From positions 188,916 to 252,915 of the forward strand of contig JBASAM010000052.1 of assembly GCA_049650605.1 (NCBI GenBank): a stretch of 64,000 bases of DNA. Reading direction: 5' to 3'. The position numbers and the translations under genes were made by a program. This stretch comes from Rhodococcus sp. (in: high G+C Gram-positive bacteria) (GTDB lineage Bacteria > Actinomycetota > Actinomycetes > Mycobacteriales > Mycobacteriaceae). Of this stretch, positions 43,505-54,676 are shown in pieces. The stretch's first letter is position 1. Every line of letters begins with the position of its first letter. The notes below the pieces were generated by a model. The model did no database searches, was not told the origin of the DNA, and saw only the letters and a list, made by a program, of their open reading frames with translations.

Positions 43505-45103
43505 ATGCGCACCATGACTGAGACCCCCGACCTCGAGACTCCCGACGCTGCCGGCACGGGAAGTTCGGACCGGCCACCGTTCTACATCACCACCGCCATC
43601 GCGTACCCCAACGGCGATCCGCACATCGGCCACGCCTACGAGTACATCGCCACCGACGCGATCGCTCGGTTCAAGCGCCTCGACGGGTTCGACGTCCGGT
43701 TCGTCACCGGCACCGACGAGCACGGCCTCAAGATGGCGCAGACCGCGGCGAAGGAAGGCATTTCCACCGCCGACCTCGCGCGGCGCAACTCGGATGCGTT
43801 CGAGGAGATGCAGAGGTCTCTGAAGATCACGTTCGATCGGTTCATCCGAACCACCGACCCCGATCATTTGGAAGCTGCACGCCACCTGTGGCAGAAGATG
43901 GCCGACAACGGCGACATCTACCTCGACTCGTACAGCGGGTGGTACTCCGTGCGGGACGAGGCGTATTACGCCGAGAACGAGACCACGAAAGCCGACGACG
44001 GCTCCCGCATCGCCACCGAATCGGGAACGCCGGTGGAATGGACCGAGGAGTCGACGTACTTCTTCCGGCTGTCGGCGTACCAGGACAAGCTGCTGGCCCT
44101 CTACGACGAGCATCCGGACTTCGTTCTGCCCGCGACGCGTCGCAACGAGGTGGCCAGCTTCGTGCGGTCGGGGCTCAAGGACCTGTCCATCTCGCGGTCG
44201 ACGTTCGATTGGGGCGTCCCGGTTCCGGGTGATCCCGAGCATGTGATGTACGTGTGGGTGGATGCGCTGACCAACTACCTCACCGGCGTCGGGTACCCGG
44301 ACACCGACGGCGACACCTTCGGAAAGTTCTGGCCTGCCGACGTCCACATGATCGGCAAGGACATCCTGCGCTTCCATGCCGTGTTCTGGCCGGCGTTCCT
44401 GATGTCGGCCGGAGTCGAGCTTCCCAAGCGGGTCTTCGCGCACGGATTCCTCACCAACAAGGGTGAGAAGATGTCGAAATCATTGGGCAACGTGGTGGAT
44501 CCGGCATCTCTGGTCGCCGAGTACGGGCTCGACTCGGTGCGATTCTTCTTCCTGCGCGAGGTGTCGTTCGGGCAGGACGGCAGCTACAGCCACGAGGCCA
44601 TCGTCACGCGCATCAACGCGGATCTGGCGAACGAGTTGGGCAACCTTGCTCAGCGCTCACTGTCCATGGTCGCCAAGAACTGCGACGGTCAGGTTCCGAG
44701 CCCCGGCGACTTCACGCCCGAGGACGACGCGATGCTGGCCCGTGCCGACGCGCTGGTGGGACCCGTTCGCACGCACATGGATTCACAGGAGATGCACCTG
44801 GCTCTGGAAGCCATCTGGTCGGTCCTCGGGGAGACCAATCGGTACTTCTCCGCACAGGAGCCGTGGGTGCTGCGCAAGACCGACCCCGCTCGGATGGCGA
44901 CGGTGCTCTACGTGACCCTCGAGGTCGTTCGTGTCGCGGTGGTACTGACCCAGCCGTTCATGCCCGACGCCGGCGCGAAGCTGCTGGATCTCCTGGGGGT
45001 CACCGAGCGCGACTTCACCACGCTGACAACCAGACTCACGCCGGGCGTCCCGCTTCCGAAGCCGGTAGGCGTCTTCCCCCGTTACGTGGACGCCGAGGAC
45101 TGA
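43505..45103 (+). CDS. metG: Methionine--tRNA ligase
   Basis: [11 protein letters not shown] (HIGH) and [10 protein letters not shown] (KMSKS) are present. An alternative start is the ATG at 43514. Confidence 0.95.
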   Translation: MRTMTETPDLETPDAAGTGSSDRPPFYITTAIAYPNGDPHIGHAYEYIATDAIARFKRLDGFDVRFVTGTDEHGLKMAQTAAKEGISTADLARRNSDAFEEMQRSLKITFDRFIRTTDPDHLEAARHLWQKMADNGDIYLDSYSGWYSVRDEAYYAENETTKADDGSRIATESGTPVEWTEESTYFFRLSAYQDKLLALYDEHPDFVLPATRRNEVASFVRSGLKDLSISRSTFDWGVPVPGDPEHVMYVWVDALTNYLTGVGYPDTDGDTFGKFWPADVHMIGKDILRFHAVFWPAFLMSAGVELPKRVFAHGFLTNKGEKMSKSLGNVVDPASLVAEYGLDSVRFFFLREVSFGQDGSYSHEAIVTRINADLANELGNLAQRSLSMVAKNCDGQVPSPGDFTPEDDAMLARADALVGPVRTHMDSQEMHLALEAIWSVLGETNRYFSAQEPWVLRKTDPARMATVLYVTLEVVRVAVVLTQPFMPDAGAKLLDLLGVTERDFTTLTTRLTPGVPLPKPVGVFPRYVDAED

Positions 45104-45104
45104 G

Positions 45105-45141
45105 CTTCACTGCCGGACGGCGGTGCCGTCCGTCAGTGAAA
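45105..45141. terminator. Imperfect hairpin between convergent metG and the WS/DGAT gene
   Basis: CTTCACTGCCGGACGG-CGGTG-CCGTCCGTCAGTGAAAG; the arms pair with one bulge. Confidence 0.45.
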
Positions 45142-45144
45142 GCG

Positions 45145-46533
45145 TCACAGGTCCGTCAATTTCTCCAGTTCCTCGAGCGCCGTGTCGAGATGTGTCAGCA
45201 TCCGCTGCAGCGACGGGACACTGCGACGGTCACCGACCAACCCGAAGTTCACGTGGTCGGCGTTGGTGGCCAGCGTGATGTTCAGCGCCTGCCCGTCCAG
45301 CACGATAGACGCCGGGTAGACGCCGTCCAGTCGTGCTCCGTTCCAGTACATCTCGGTTTTCGGACCGGGGACGTTGGAGATGATGACGTTGAACGGTGGC
45401 GGTGTGTTGCGCACGAAACCGGGAACGGGAGTGAGCAACAGGGGTGCCATGACCGCGGCACCGAACCCCAGCGCCTGCAACGGGGAGAGATCCCGCATCA
45501 CCGCTTTCGCCTCGTTCATCGAGGACACCACGGAGGCAAGACGGCGCTCCGGGTCCGGCTGGTCGGTGCCGAGGTTGCACAGCACCGTGGTCACGGCGTT
45601 GCCGCCGTCCGCGTCCGCTCCCGCCTCACGCGTGGAGACCGGGACCATCGCGATGAGCGGTTGGTCCGGGAGCGCGTTGCGGTCGATCAGGTAGGAGCGG
45701 AGAGCCCCGGAGCACATAGTCAGCACGATGTCGTTCATCGTCACCTCCAGCGCGGAGGCGACGTCCTTGATGCGAGTTTTCGACCACTGCTGCGCGGCGA
45801 TCCGTCGGGCGCCGCCGATGGGGACGTTGAGCATGGTGCGCGGCGCGGACATGGGCAGCACCATGTCGTTCCCACGGATCTTGTTGACACCGATTCGGGC
45901 TGCGGCAGGACCCACACCGGCAAGTTGACCGGCAACCTTGGCGCCGGAGGAGATCGTCGAGATCAGTCCGCCGCCGCCGTCGGTCTTCACGACCTCGGCG
46001 GTCTTCTTGCGCTCGAACAGCGCGGGGTTCCAGATGGGCCCACAGTCACGTGCGTCGGGGTCGGACGAGAGGGTCTTCTCGAAAAGCTTGAGCGCTGACA
46101 CGCCATCGACGAGTGAGTGGTGGATCTTGCTGTACAGCGCAACGCGACCGTCATCGAGGCCCTCGATGATGTGCAGCTCCCACATCGGGCGGTGGCGATC
46201 CAGCGGCGCACTGTGCTCAGCGGACACGTAACTGAGCAGCTCTCGAATACGCCCCGGTCGCGGCAGGTTGATGCGCCGTACGTGCTGCTCGAAGTCGAGA
46301 TCGTCGTCGAAGATCCACCGCACCGTTCCCATGAAGTTCACGGGTGTGGCCGGCCGCTTGCGGAACAGCTTGTAGACGTCCGTGGCGTCGCGGAAGGTCT
46401 CGTAGATTTTCAGACCGAAGTCCTCGCCCGCGTCCTCTGGTGGGACGAACAGCTGGAGCCCACCGACGTGCATGGGATGCTCGCGCGTTTCGGCCAGAAG
46501 GAACATCGATTCGGTGACCGGCATGAAGGGCAT
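45145..46533 (-). CDS. Wax ester synthase / acyl-CoA:diacylglycerol acyltransferase (WS/DGAT)
   Basis: The catalytic HHSLVDG motif is present. The N-terminus is MPFMPVTESMFLLAETREHPMHVGG. Confidence 0.9.
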   Translation of the reverse strand: MPFMPVTESMFLLAETREHPMHVGGLQLFVPPEDAGEDFGLKIYETFRDATDVYKLFRKRPATPVNFMGTVRWIFDDDLDFEQHVRRINLPRPGRIRELLSYVSAEHSAPLDRHRPMWELHIIEGLDDGRVALYSKIHHSLVDGVSALKLFEKTLSSDPDARDCGPIWNPALFERKKTAEVVKTDGGGGLISTISSGAKVAGQLAGVGPAAARIGVNKIRGNDMVLPMSAPRTMLNVPIGGARRIAAQQWSKTRIKDVASALEVTMNDIVLTMCSGALRSYLIDRNALPDQPLIAMVPVSTREAGADADGGNAVTTVLCNLGTDQPDPERRLASVVSSMNEAKAVMRDLSPLQALGFGAAVMAPLLLTPVPGFVRNTPPPFNVIISNVPGPKTEMYWNGARLDGVYPASIVLDGQALNITLATNADHVNFGLVGDRRSVPSLQRMLTHLDTALEELEKLTDL

Positions 46534-46751
46534 GTGGAACCTCTCTCGGACGAAACAACCATGGAATCGGTATGTTTCACCGGCAATTTCTCGGTGGTAC
46601 CCAGAAGTCACAAGCTCGGGTAACGAACTGGCAACGGTTTCAACTACGCGGCGTCACGTTGTGACCCCGGCAACAACTATTCCTCGAGAAGTGTTTCGTT
46701 TTCGCCCTATCGTGCGATTAATAGTAGGAGCAAGAAAGTGAGGGCCGCCAC

Positions 46752-47873
46752 ATGAGTATCGCCTCGGCCGAGTCGACCGCCCTGTCGCCGATGACACACA
46801 CGTCACGTCGCAGTGCGAACCGTCGTTCCTTCTCCTCCTCCCCGCTGATCGAGCGTCAGGATTTCACCGGAGCAAGCGTCCAGTCGAAGATCTTGTCCAC
46901 GGTTCTCCGCACCACGGTGCGCCCGTTCCTCGGCGTCTGGTCTCGCACCCAGGCCCTCCCCTGGCCGATGGAGCTGGTCGATCAAGCCGGCCGATTCCTT
47001 CCCCCGGTGGGCGAGACCACGTGCGCCCCGGTGGAGCTGGACGAGTGCAGCGCCGAGTGGGTCCGCACCGACAGCCCGCGACGGGCAGGTCCGAACGGCA
47101 CCAGCGAGCGACCCGCACGCCGCGGCGACCGCGATCGCGTCATTCTGTACCTGCACGGCGGCGCGTTCGTGGTGTGCGGCCTCAACAGCCACCGCAGGAT
47201 GACCTCACGCATTGCACGGGCCACCGGTGCCGACGTGCTCTCCGTCGACTACCGCATGATGCCGCGCAACCCGATCTCGCACGCCGTCGAGGACGGGGTG
47301 AGCGGGTTCCGCTACCTACTCGACGCCGGGTACCTGCCCGAGCAGATCTTCATCGCGGGCGACTCCGCCGGCGGATATCTGGCCTTCATGGTCGCGTTGT
47401 CCCTGTCGTCGCAAGGCATCGCGCCCGCAGCCGGCATCATCGCGCTCTCACCACTCACCGATCTCGACCCCACCCGGAAGATGGATCATCCGAACTCGCA
47501 GCGATGTGCGGTGTTCCCCCACGGCTCGGTGACGGAGCTGACCAAGCTGGCAGACAAGGTCGATGCACGAATCGTCGTGGAGGGTCGGCGGGGTCCGCGT
47601 GTGTGTCCGGTGGACGCCGACCTGTCCCAGCTGCCGCCCGTGCTGCTGCACGTGGGATCGACCGAGATGGTGTACCCCGACTCCGAGTTGATGGCCGAGC
47701 GTCTCGCAGCGGCCGGCGTCCCGTGTCGACTCCAGGTATGGCAAGACCAGGTGCACGTGTTCCACGCGGCCGACTTCGTTCCCGAGTCGGGTAGAGCCAT
47801 CCGCGAGATCGGCTCCTTCGTGGACGAACGAGTCCGGGAGACAACACAACCGGAGCTGCGCCCCGGGGCGTGA
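46752..47873 (+). CDS. Alpha/beta hydrolase (fold-3 esterase/lipase)
   Basis: HGGAF and GDSAGG motifs are present. Confidence 0.82.
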   Translation: MSIASAESTALSPMTHTSRRSANRRSFSSSPLIERQDFTGASVQSKILSTVLRTTVRPFLGVWSRTQALPWPMELVDQAGRFLPPVGETTCAPVELDECSAEWVRTDSPRRAGPNGTSERPARRGDRDRVILYLHGGAFVVCGLNSHRRMTSRIARATGADVLSVDYRMMPRNPISHAVEDGVSGFRYLLDAGYLPEQIFIAGDSAGGYLAFMVALSLSSQGIAPAAGIIALSPLTDLDPTRKMDHPNSQRCAVFPHGSVTELTKLADKVDARIVVEGRRGPRVCPVDADLSQLPPVLLHVGSTEMVYPDSELMAERLAAAGVPCRLQVWQDQVHVFHAADFVPESGRAIREIGSFVDERVRETTQPELRPGA

Positions 47874-47974
47874 CAATTGCTCGTGACAAGGGCGCCTGAA
47901 GCGGTTTCGTGAGTCTTACCACCGATACTTCGATATCACTCGGTAGGTGTGCACGGTCGGTTACATTCGTTTTC

Positions 47975-48403
47975 ATGGCTGTCAGTGGAAACAGAGAGAT
48001 CGACATCGAGGCCCCCATGGCGGACGTCCTTGCGGCGATAGCCGATGTCGAAGGATTGCCGGCGTGGTCGTCCATCCACAAGAAGGTGAAGGTTCGCGAG
48101 CGGGACGATCAGGGTCGCCCCGTACTCGCCGAGATGACCGTGTCCGTCATGGGTTTCACCGACGAACAGGTTCTCGAGTACACCTGGACGGACACGTCGG
48201 TGAAGTGGGACGCCGTGGAGAGCACTCAACAGAAGTCCCAGCACGCCGAGTATCGGTTGACCAGTACGGATTCCGGGACGCACGTCGAGTTCGAGATGAC
48301 TCTCGATCCGAAGATTCCGGTACCGGGTTTCATCGTCAAACGCGGCACCAAGTCGGTGCTCGAAACGGCCACCGACGGTCTACGCCAACAAGTGGTGGGC
48401 TGA
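47975..48403 (+). CDS. SRPBCC-family protein (polyketide cyclase/dehydrase and lipid-transport fold)
   Basis: MAVSGNREIDIEAPMADVLAAIADVEGLPAWSS... is a typical SRPBCC N-terminus. Confidence 0.7.
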   Translation: MAVSGNREIDIEAPMADVLAAIADVEGLPAWSSIHKKVKVRERDDQGRPVLAEMTVSVMGFTDEQVLEYTWTDTSVKWDAVESTQQKSQHAEYRLTSTDSGTHVEFEMTLDPKIPVPGFIVKRGTKSVLETATDGLRQQVVG

Positions 48404-48410
48404 GAGAAGT

Positions 48411-49256
48411 TCAGTCCGCCGAGCGTGACGACAGAACTGCTTCGTAGAGTTCACGTTTGGACACCTCGGCGGCGGACGTGGTGGCCACCCGGGCACACGC
48501 ATCCTTGAGACCCAGACCTGCAGTCACCAGATCCTCCACCTCGGTCACGAGGTCGGCGGGATCGGCCGCGACGGGGGCCGCGCCCTCGAGCACCACTGTG
48601 ATCTCGCCCCGCACGCCGTCGGTGGCCCACGCCGCCAACTCCCCCAACGTCCCGCGCTTGACCTCCTCGTAGGTCTTGGTCAGCTCGCGGCACACGGCGG
48701 CGCGGCGCTGCGGGCCGAGTACCTCGGCTGCGTCGGCCAGGCAGTCGGCGATGCGGTGCGGAGCCTCGAAGAACACGACAGCGCGGGCCTCGGTGAGCAG
48801 GGTGCGCATCCAGGCCTGGCGCTGGCCTCGCTTGCGCGGCGCGAAGCCGTCGAAGCAGAAACGCTCCACCGGCAGCCCGGACAGCGCCAGTGCGGTGGTG
48901 ACAGCGGACGGGCCGGGTAGACACGTGACCGCGATGCCCGCCTCGGCGCATGCCGCAACCAGTCGGTACCCCGGATCGCTGACCGACGGCATACCGGCGT
49001 CGGTGACCAGCAGGACACGGCGGCCCTCCCGCATCTCGGCGAGCAGGCCGGGAACTCGATCGACCTCGACCTGGTCGTAGAAACTGACCACGCGCCCGGT
49101 GATCTGCACGCCCAGCGCCGTCGCGAGCGATTTGGTTCGACGGGTGTCCTCGGCAGCAACGACGTCGGCTGTCGCCAAGGCGTCCCGCAACCGGGGAGAG
49201 GCGTCCGCCGGATCACCCATCGGGGTCGCTCCGAGTACCAGCACCTGTTGCCTCAT
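48411..49256 (-). CDS. rsmI: 16S rRNA (cytidine1402-2'-O)-methyltransferase
   Basis: It has a tetrapyrrole-methylase fold, with LVTDAGMPSVSDPG present. The position corresponds to Rv1003. Confidence 0.9.
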   Translation of the reverse strand: MRQQVLVLGATPMGDPADASPRLRDALATADVVAAEDTRRTKSLATALGVQITGRVVSFYDQVEVDRVPGLLAEMREGRRVLLVTDAGMPSVSDPGYRLVAACAEAGIAVTCLPGPSAVTTALALSGLPVERFCFDGFAPRKRGQRQAWMRTLLTEARAVVFFEAPHRIADCLADAAEVLGPQRRAAVCRELTKTYEEVKRGTLGELAAWATDGVRGEITVVLEGAAPVAADPADLVTEVEDLVTAGLGLKDACARVATTSAAEVSKRELYEAVLSSRSAD

Positions 49257-49337
49257 CTCTTGTCGCCGCCAGCGCGGTTACCGTCGGCGTTCGACTGTCC
49301 GAGCCGTGCCCGCCGCAACCTAGCCTACGATCGAAGC

Positions 49338-50903
49338 GTGACCCTGCTGACCGCGCGCATCGGGCGTGCGCCGGGCGATCACCACGATGAGGTCGCCTCC
49401 CCCGGACCGGCGCTGCCGCCGGCGGTCTTCGGCCCCACCGATCGGATGCGCGGCTGGATCACCACCGCCGTACTCACCATCGCTGCGGCCATCACACGCT
49501 TCACCATGCTGGGCTACCCCACCGACGCCGGCACCCCCGTCTTCGACGAGAAGCACTACGCACCGCAGGGCTATCAGGTGCTCACCGGTGGCACTGCCGT
49601 CGAGGACAACCCGGCATACGGACTGGTGGTGCACCCACCCGTCGGGAAGCAGTTGCTCGCGCTCGGTGAGGCGGTCTTCGGCTACACCGGGTGGGGTTGG
49701 CGTCTGTCGTCGGCCGTCTTCGGAGTGATCCTGGTGCTGCTCGTCGTGCGCATCGTGCGCCGCATGACGCGCTCGACACTGCTGGGCGCCGTCGCGGGCG
49801 TCCTGCTGATCGCCGACGGCGTCACCTTCGTGACCTCGCGCGTGGGCATGCTGGACATCTTCATGGTGGTCTTCGTCGTCGCCGCGTTCGGCGCACTGAT
49901 CCGGGACCGGGACGACGTGCGCGAGAGAATGCACCGCGTCGCCGTCGAAGGGCGCGCCGAGGTCGGCTCGTGGGGGCCTCGACTCGGCGTTCGGTGGTGG
50001 CGTTTCGGCGCAGGCGTGCTGCTGGGGCTGGCCTGCGGAACCAAGTGGTCCGGGCTCTACTTCGTCGCGTTCTTCGGGTTGATGAGCGTTGCTTTCGACG
50101 TCGCGGCGCGACGTCAGTACGGGATCCCTCGCCCGTGGATGGGCACCGCCGTTCGCGACGTGGGTCCCGCGCTGTACGCCCTGGTGGCCATCCCGATAGG
50201 GGTGTACCTGGCCACGTACGCCGGATGGTTCGCCAGCGAAACCGCCGTGGACCGGCACGCCGTCGGCACCGACGTGGGGTACGGCGGATCGTTCTCGTTC
50301 GTGCCCGACGCCCTGCGCTCGCTCTGGTACTACAGCGGCAACGTGCTGGACTTCCATTCCGGCCTGACGAACTCTGCCGGCAACCTGCATCCGTGGGAAT
50401 CGAAACCCTGGACGTGGCCGATGGGTCTACGGCCGATGCTGTACTACTTTGCCGACGGCGAGCAGATCACCGGCTGCGGAAGCGGCGGCAACTGCGTCAA
50501 GGCCGTGATGCTCATCGGCACACCAGCGATGTGGTGGCTGGCCTTTCCGATGCTCGGGTGGGCATTGTGGAGCACCGTCGCTCGCAAGGACTGGCGCTAC
50601 GGCGCCGTTCTGGTCGGCTACGGCGCCGGAATCGTCCCGTGGTTCCTTTCGCTCGACCGCCAGATGTACTTCTTCTACGCCTCGGCGCTGGCCCCGCTCC
50701 TGATCATGGGGCTGACGCTGGTGATCGGCGACATTCTGGGCCGGGCGGGACGGCGCGATCGTCGGACCGCGGGTCTGCTGGTCGCGACGGTCTACATCGC
50801 GGTGGTGGTTGCGAACTTCGTGTGGTTGTGGCCGATTCTCACCGGGGTGCCCATCACCCAGGAGACGTGGCAGCAGCAACTGTGGTTGCCCAGCTGGCGC
50901 TGA
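49338..50903 (+). CDS. pmt: Dolichyl/polyprenyl-phosphate-mannose protein O-mannosyltransferase
   Basis: A polytopic membrane protein with FDEKHYAPQG in loop 1. The GTG at 49338 is chosen so that it does not overlap the divergent rsmI. Confidence 0.85.
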   Translation: MTLLTARIGRAPGDHHDEVASPGPALPPAVFGPTDRMRGWITTAVLTIAAAITRFTMLGYPTDAGTPVFDEKHYAPQGYQVLTGGTAVEDNPAYGLVVHPPVGKQLLALGEAVFGYTGWGWRLSSAVFGVILVLLVVRIVRRMTRSTLLGAVAGVLLIADGVTFVTSRVGMLDIFMVVFVVAAFGALIRDRDDVRERMHRVAVEGRAEVGSWGPRLGVRWWRFGAGVLLGLACGTKWSGLYFVAFFGLMSVAFDVAARRQYGIPRPWMGTAVRDVGPALYALVAIPIGVYLATYAGWFASETAVDRHAVGTDVGYGGSFSFVPDALRSLWYYSGNVLDFHSGLTNSAGNLHPWESKPWTWPMGLRPMLYYFADGEQITGCGSGGNCVKAVMLIGTPAMWWLAFPMLGWALWSTVARKDWRYGAVLVGYGAGIVPWFLSLDRQMYFFYASALAPLLIMGLTLVIGDILGRAGRRDRRTAGLLVATVYIAVVVANFVWLWPILTGVPITQETWQQQLWLPSWR

Positions 50904-50914
50904 GCCACGCCCAC

Positions 50915-51337
50915 TCACGCTCTGGAGCGGCCCTTCTTGCCGAAGGCGCGGTCTACGGCGTAGTCGCCCGAGCCCACGGCGACCAGCAGCAATGCGCCCG
51001 CGCCCAACGCGACCACCAGCTCCCAACCACCCTCGCCGACGAAGACACCCTTGTCGTAATGCACGAAGACCAGAGCGCCGACCATGTCGACCACCAGCAG
51101 TAGCGCGGCGACAGAAGTCAGCAACCCGAGGATCAGCAGACCACCACCGATCAGTTCGACGAACGTGGCGAAGTAGGCCGACACCTTGGGCGCGGGAATG
51201 CCCATGGCTGCGAAGCCATCGGTGGTGGCCGCCAGCCCGTTGGTGCTGAGCTTCTGCCATCCATGGGCGAGAAAAATGATGCCCAACGCGATGCGGGCGA
51301 CGAGCGTGGCGATGTTTCGAACGATGGGCGAGTTCAC
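50915..51337 (-). CDS. DoxX-family membrane protein
   Basis: IALGIIFLAHGWQKL is present and there are four TM segments. Confidence 0.82.
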   Translation of the reverse strand: MNSPIVRNIATLVARIALGIIFLAHGWQKLSTNGLAATTDGFAAMGIPAPKVSAYFATFVELIGGGLLILGLLTSVAALLLVVDMVGALVFVHYDKGVFVGEGGWELVVALGAGALLLVAVGSGDYAVDRAFGKKGRSRA

Positions 51338-51389
51338 GTAGCTGTCCTCGATCTCGATGTACTGGAGTCAGTCGGTTGACGCGGGAACC

Positions 51390-51752
51390 TTACGCACGAA
51401 ATGCGTTCCGGACGTACCGCAGTGCCACATCGTCGTCGATGCCGGCGTGGCGAGCTATCCGAACATAGTCCGTCGCCGCCAATTGGACGGCAGCGGCGGA
51501 CGGATCACCGCCGGACGCGACGAACGTGCCCGATCGCCCTCGCGTCTCGACGACGCCGTCCTTCTCGAGTTCGCGATAGCTCTTCGCCACAGTGTTCGGC
51601 GCCAGACTCAGCTCCGCGGCCAGGGCGCGGACCGTGGGCAATTTCGACCCGGCGATCAGCGTTCCCGACCGCACAGCAGCGACGATCTGGGTGCGCACCT
51701 GATCGAACGGCGGCGTTCCAGAGTCGATGTCGATGTCGATGACGAACTTCAT
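51390..51752 (-). CDS. GntR-family (YtrA-like, short) transcriptional regulator
   Basis: KLPTVRALAAELSLAPNTVAKSYRELEKDGVVETRGRSGTFV is present. Confidence 0.85.
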   Translation of the reverse strand: MKFVIDIDIDSGTPPFDQVRTQIVAAVRSGTLIAGSKLPTVRALAAELSLAPNTVAKSYRELEKDGVVETRGRSGTFVASGGDPSAAAVQLAATDYVRIARHAGIDDDVALRYVRNAFRA

Positions 51753-51788
51753 GGAGCCGATTCTCCCGTCGTGGTCGCGGTCACAGGG

Positions 51789-53012
51789 TCACAGGGGGTC
51801 TCGGGCGACCGGGCAGGACATGCAGCGCGGACCACCGCGCCCCGAACCGAGCTCCGACCCGGAGATACGCAGCACCTCGATACCCGACGCCTCGAGTCGA
51901 GCGTTGGTTTCGACGTTGCGCTCGTACGCCACCACCACACCCGGAGCGAGCGCCAACGTGTTGTTGCCGTCGTCCCACTGTTCGCGCTCGGCGGTCACGT
52001 TGTCGAGACCGGTGTCGATCACACGCAGTTTCGCGATGCCCATCGCCTCTGCCGCGGCCTCGAGAAACGGATCCGCGCCGCTGATGGTGACCCCGGAGTC
52101 CTCGCGTCGAATGGTGAACGCGGACAGGGTGTCCTGAATGATCGGATACATCACCACCGCATCGGTATCGACCATGGTGCAGACGGTGTCCAGGTGCATC
52201 GACGCACGCTCCTGCGCGATGGGAACCACCAGCACGGTGTGCGCCAACTCGTCGTCGAACAGGCTGCGCGCCAGCGCTTCGGCTCCCGCCGGCGTCGTAC
52301 GCTCACCGACACCCACCGCGACGACCCCCGGTGCGAGCAACAGCACGTCCCCGCCCTCGACCGGAGCGGTGTGCGACTCGTAGGCGCGACGCACACCGAG
52401 GAAGCGAGGATGGAACGCGTAAATCAGATCGGTAAGCGAGGTCTCGCGCGCACGCGCTCGCAGGGCCAGTGAGGTGATGGCCACCCGCTGCTGAATCCAG
52501 AACGACGAGTCCCTGGTGAAGAGAAGGTTGGGCAGCGGCTCGATGACGAAGTCCGCGCCGTGGTGCATACGCCGCACCAGCGAGACCCCCGAATCGTCGG
52601 CAACCGGCAGTTCGTCGAACGTCATCCCTGCCATCAGGACGGTGGCCAGTTCTGGTGCGGGGAGTCCGCGGAGATACGACGCCAGGTCGCGCGCGAGCAC
52701 ATGTCCGAGGCGGCGTGGTTCCACCGCAGCGGCCACCCCCTGCACCCGCGCGGCGCCGCTACGCTCGAGTGTCTCTGTAAGCAGGTCTCCCAACAGCAGG
52801 ACCTCCACCCCTCGACCGCGCAGGATGTCGGCGAAGGCGTCGTGCTCGTCGCGTGCGCGATCCACCCAGGGAAGTCCGTCGAACAGCAGCTGATCGTTGT
52901 TGCGCGGAGTCAACCGTCGAAGCTCGTCGCCCGGACGATGCAGCATCACCGTCCGCAGCGTTCCCACTTCGGAATCGGCGCCCAGCGGTGGCATCGGCAT
53001 CGTCGGGTCCAT
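51789..53012 (-). CDS. arcA: Arginine deiminase
   Basis: [28 protein letters not shown] is present, and the C-terminus reads [11 protein letters not shown] with the catalytic Cys. The start is one of three close ATGs (53012, 53000, 52994). Confidence 0.9.
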   Translation of the reverse strand: MDPTMPMPPLGADSEVGTLRTVMLHRPGDELRRLTPRNNDQLLFDGLPWVDRARDEHDAFADILRGRGVEVLLLGDLLTETLERSGAARVQGVAAAVEPRRLGHVLARDLASYLRGLPAPELATVLMAGMTFDELPVADDSGVSLVRRMHHGADFVIEPLPNLLFTRDSSFWIQQRVAITSLALRARARETSLTDLIYAFHPRFLGVRRAYESHTAPVEGGDVLLLAPGVVAVGVGERTTPAGAEALARSLFDDELAHTVLVVPIAQERASMHLDTVCTMVDTDAVVMYPIIQDTLSAFTIRREDSGVTISGADPFLEAAAEAMGIAKLRVIDTGLDNVTAEREQWDDGNNTLALAPGVVVAYERNVETNARLEASGIEVLRISGSELGSGRGGPRCMSCPVARDPL

Positions 53013-53029
53013 GTGTCGACGGTAGTGCG

Positions 53030-53926
53030 TCACGGCCCTTTCGGCCCACGGAGCAGAGACGAGAAGTAATCGTTCGCTGCCTGCATCACTACCTCGTACG
53101 GCAGAGCGAACTTGCGTGACATCCAGTAGCCGAACCGAATGTCGTTGCTGGTGTGCACCAAGAACTGCCGCTTCGCCATCGCGGTGAGAATCTTCTGGGC
53201 CACGGCATCGGGTTCCACCGCGTGCGACTCGAATCGCGCCGTCAGCTTCTGCACGCGCGGGTCGTCCCGGTCGACGCCGGCGATGTCGACAGTCTCGACG
53301 AGGGGGGTGTTCACCGCTCCCGGAACCACCAGGGAGACACCGATTCCGTGCCGTGCAAGATCGAACCGCAGCACCTCCGACATCCCACGCACCCCGAACT
53401 TGCTGGCGCTGTATGCCGCGTGCCAGGGGTAGGCGAGCAACCCGGCGGACGACGAGACGTTGACCAGGTGCCCTCCCCGACCCGCCGCGATCATCGGCGG
53501 GACGAAGCACTCGGTCACGTGGATCGGGCCCATGAGATTGACGTCGATCAGCGCTTTCCACGTCTCGTGCGCCAAGTTCTCCACGGTGCCCCACGCGGAG
53601 ATACCGGCGATGTTCATGACGACGTCGAGGCTCCCCACCTCGTCGTGCACCGCGTCCGCGAACGTCCGCACCGCGTCGTAGTCCGAGACGTCGAGAGCAC
53701 GCGAGAACGCGACAGTGCCTGATGCACCTGCTATTTCACGCACCACCGACGCCAGCCCGACCTCGTCGAGATCGGTGAGAACCACTCGCCCGCCCCGCTG
53801 CGCGACCGCCAGTGCCGTGGACCGACCGATGCCGCTGGCCGCGCCCGTGACGAGGACTGCCACACCGCGCAGATCATCGAATGACCGACGGGACCGCTTG
53901 TATCCACCCAACCTGCCCAGCACCAT
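53030..53926 (-). CDS. SDR-family oxidoreductase
   Basis: [13 protein letters not shown] and [10 protein letters not shown] (YxxxK) are present. The start is at the ATG at 53926. Confidence 0.85.
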   Translation of the reverse strand: MVLGRLGGYKRSRRSFDDLRGVAVLVTGAASGIGRSTALAVAQRGGRVVLTDLDEVGLASVVREIAGASGTVAFSRALDVSDYDAVRTFADAVHDEVGSLDVVMNIAGISAWGTVENLAHETWKALIDVNLMGPIHVTECFVPPMIAAGRGGHLVNVSSSAGLLAYPWHAAYSASKFGVRGMSEVLRFDLARHGIGVSLVVPGAVNTPLVETVDIAGVDRDDPRVQKLTARFESHAVEPDAVAQKILTAMAKRQFLVHTSNDIRFGYWMSRKFALPYEVVMQAANDYFSSLLRGPKGP

Positions 53927-54074
53927 GAAGCAACCGGCCCTCCACCTCGATTGCGCCCGACAGTACAGCGCAACGTCGACTCGTCGGCCCCGATTTGTCA
54001 GCACCGACTTGTCAGCACCGATGTGCCGGCCCCGACTTGTCACGGATCGGCGAACGAGAGCAAACTTGTCCACC

Positions 54075-54674
54075 ATGGCGTTGATCTCGAAGGGTTTCGT
54101 GGGCCGGCGGCGTGACGACGACTCACGCACTCCCCCCGGCCAGTACCTCACCAAGGATTTCCCCGTCCTTGCCATCGGCCCCGCACCGACGGTGTCCACC
54201 GACACATGGTCGCTGTCGATCACCTCCGAAACCGGTGAGACCCGCCAGTGGACGTGGGACGAGTTCGCAGCTCTCCCGCACGAAAGCCCGACCGTGGACA
54301 TCCATTGCGTCACCAAATGGTCCAAGCTCGATACCGGGTGGAGCGGCGTCAGCCTCGACGTCCTGCTGGACGATCTCGAGACCGCAGCCGGATACGTCGT
54401 GGTGCACGGTTACGACGGCTACACCACGAATCTCCCGCTGGAGGATCTGCGAGACGGCAAGGCCTGGGTGGTGACCGAATTCGACGGTTCGCCGTTGGCG
54501 CGCGAACACGGCGGTCCCGCACGGCTTTTGGTGCCACACCTGTACTTCTGGAAATCTGCGAAGTGGATTTCGCGTATCGAACTGACCGACGACAACGAGC
54601 AGGGCTTCTGGGAACGCGGCGGGTACCACGACTACGGCGACCCGTGGCGCGAGCAGCGCTACCAGGGCGACTGA
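54075..54674 (+). CDS. Sulfite-oxidase-fold molybdopterin-binding oxidoreductase (YedY/MsrP-like catalytic domain only, no signal peptide)
   Basis: TVDIHCVTKWSKLD (candidate Mo-ligand Cys) and GGPARLLVPHLYFWKSAKWI are present. Confidence 0.75.
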   Translation: MALISKGFVGRRRDDDSRTPPGQYLTKDFPVLAIGPAPTVSTDTWSLSITSETGETRQWTWDEFAALPHESPTVDIHCVTKWSKLDTGWSGVSLDVLLDDLETAAGYVVVHGYDGYTTNLPLEDLRDGKAWVVTEFDGSPLAREHGGPARLLVPHLYFWKSAKWISRIELTDDNEQGFWERGGYHDYGDPWREQRYQGD

Positions 54675-54676
54675 CG

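Noticed and set aside
43493-44443. N-terminal 317 aa of the 593-aa minus-strand ORF that ends as TatD
   Set aside because: This part is antisense to metG and has no TatD-like sequence. TatD homology begins at the DAHTHLD segment just downstream of the GTG at 43492.
53013-53594. N-terminal extension of the arcA ORF; similarly 53927-54325 for the SDR ORF and 25495-25734 for egtA
   Set aside because: The extensions are Arg/Gly-rich, overlap neighbouring genes or promoters, and lack a Shine-Dalgarno. The internal ATG starts have Shine-Dalgarno sequences and match the N-termini I recall for homologues.
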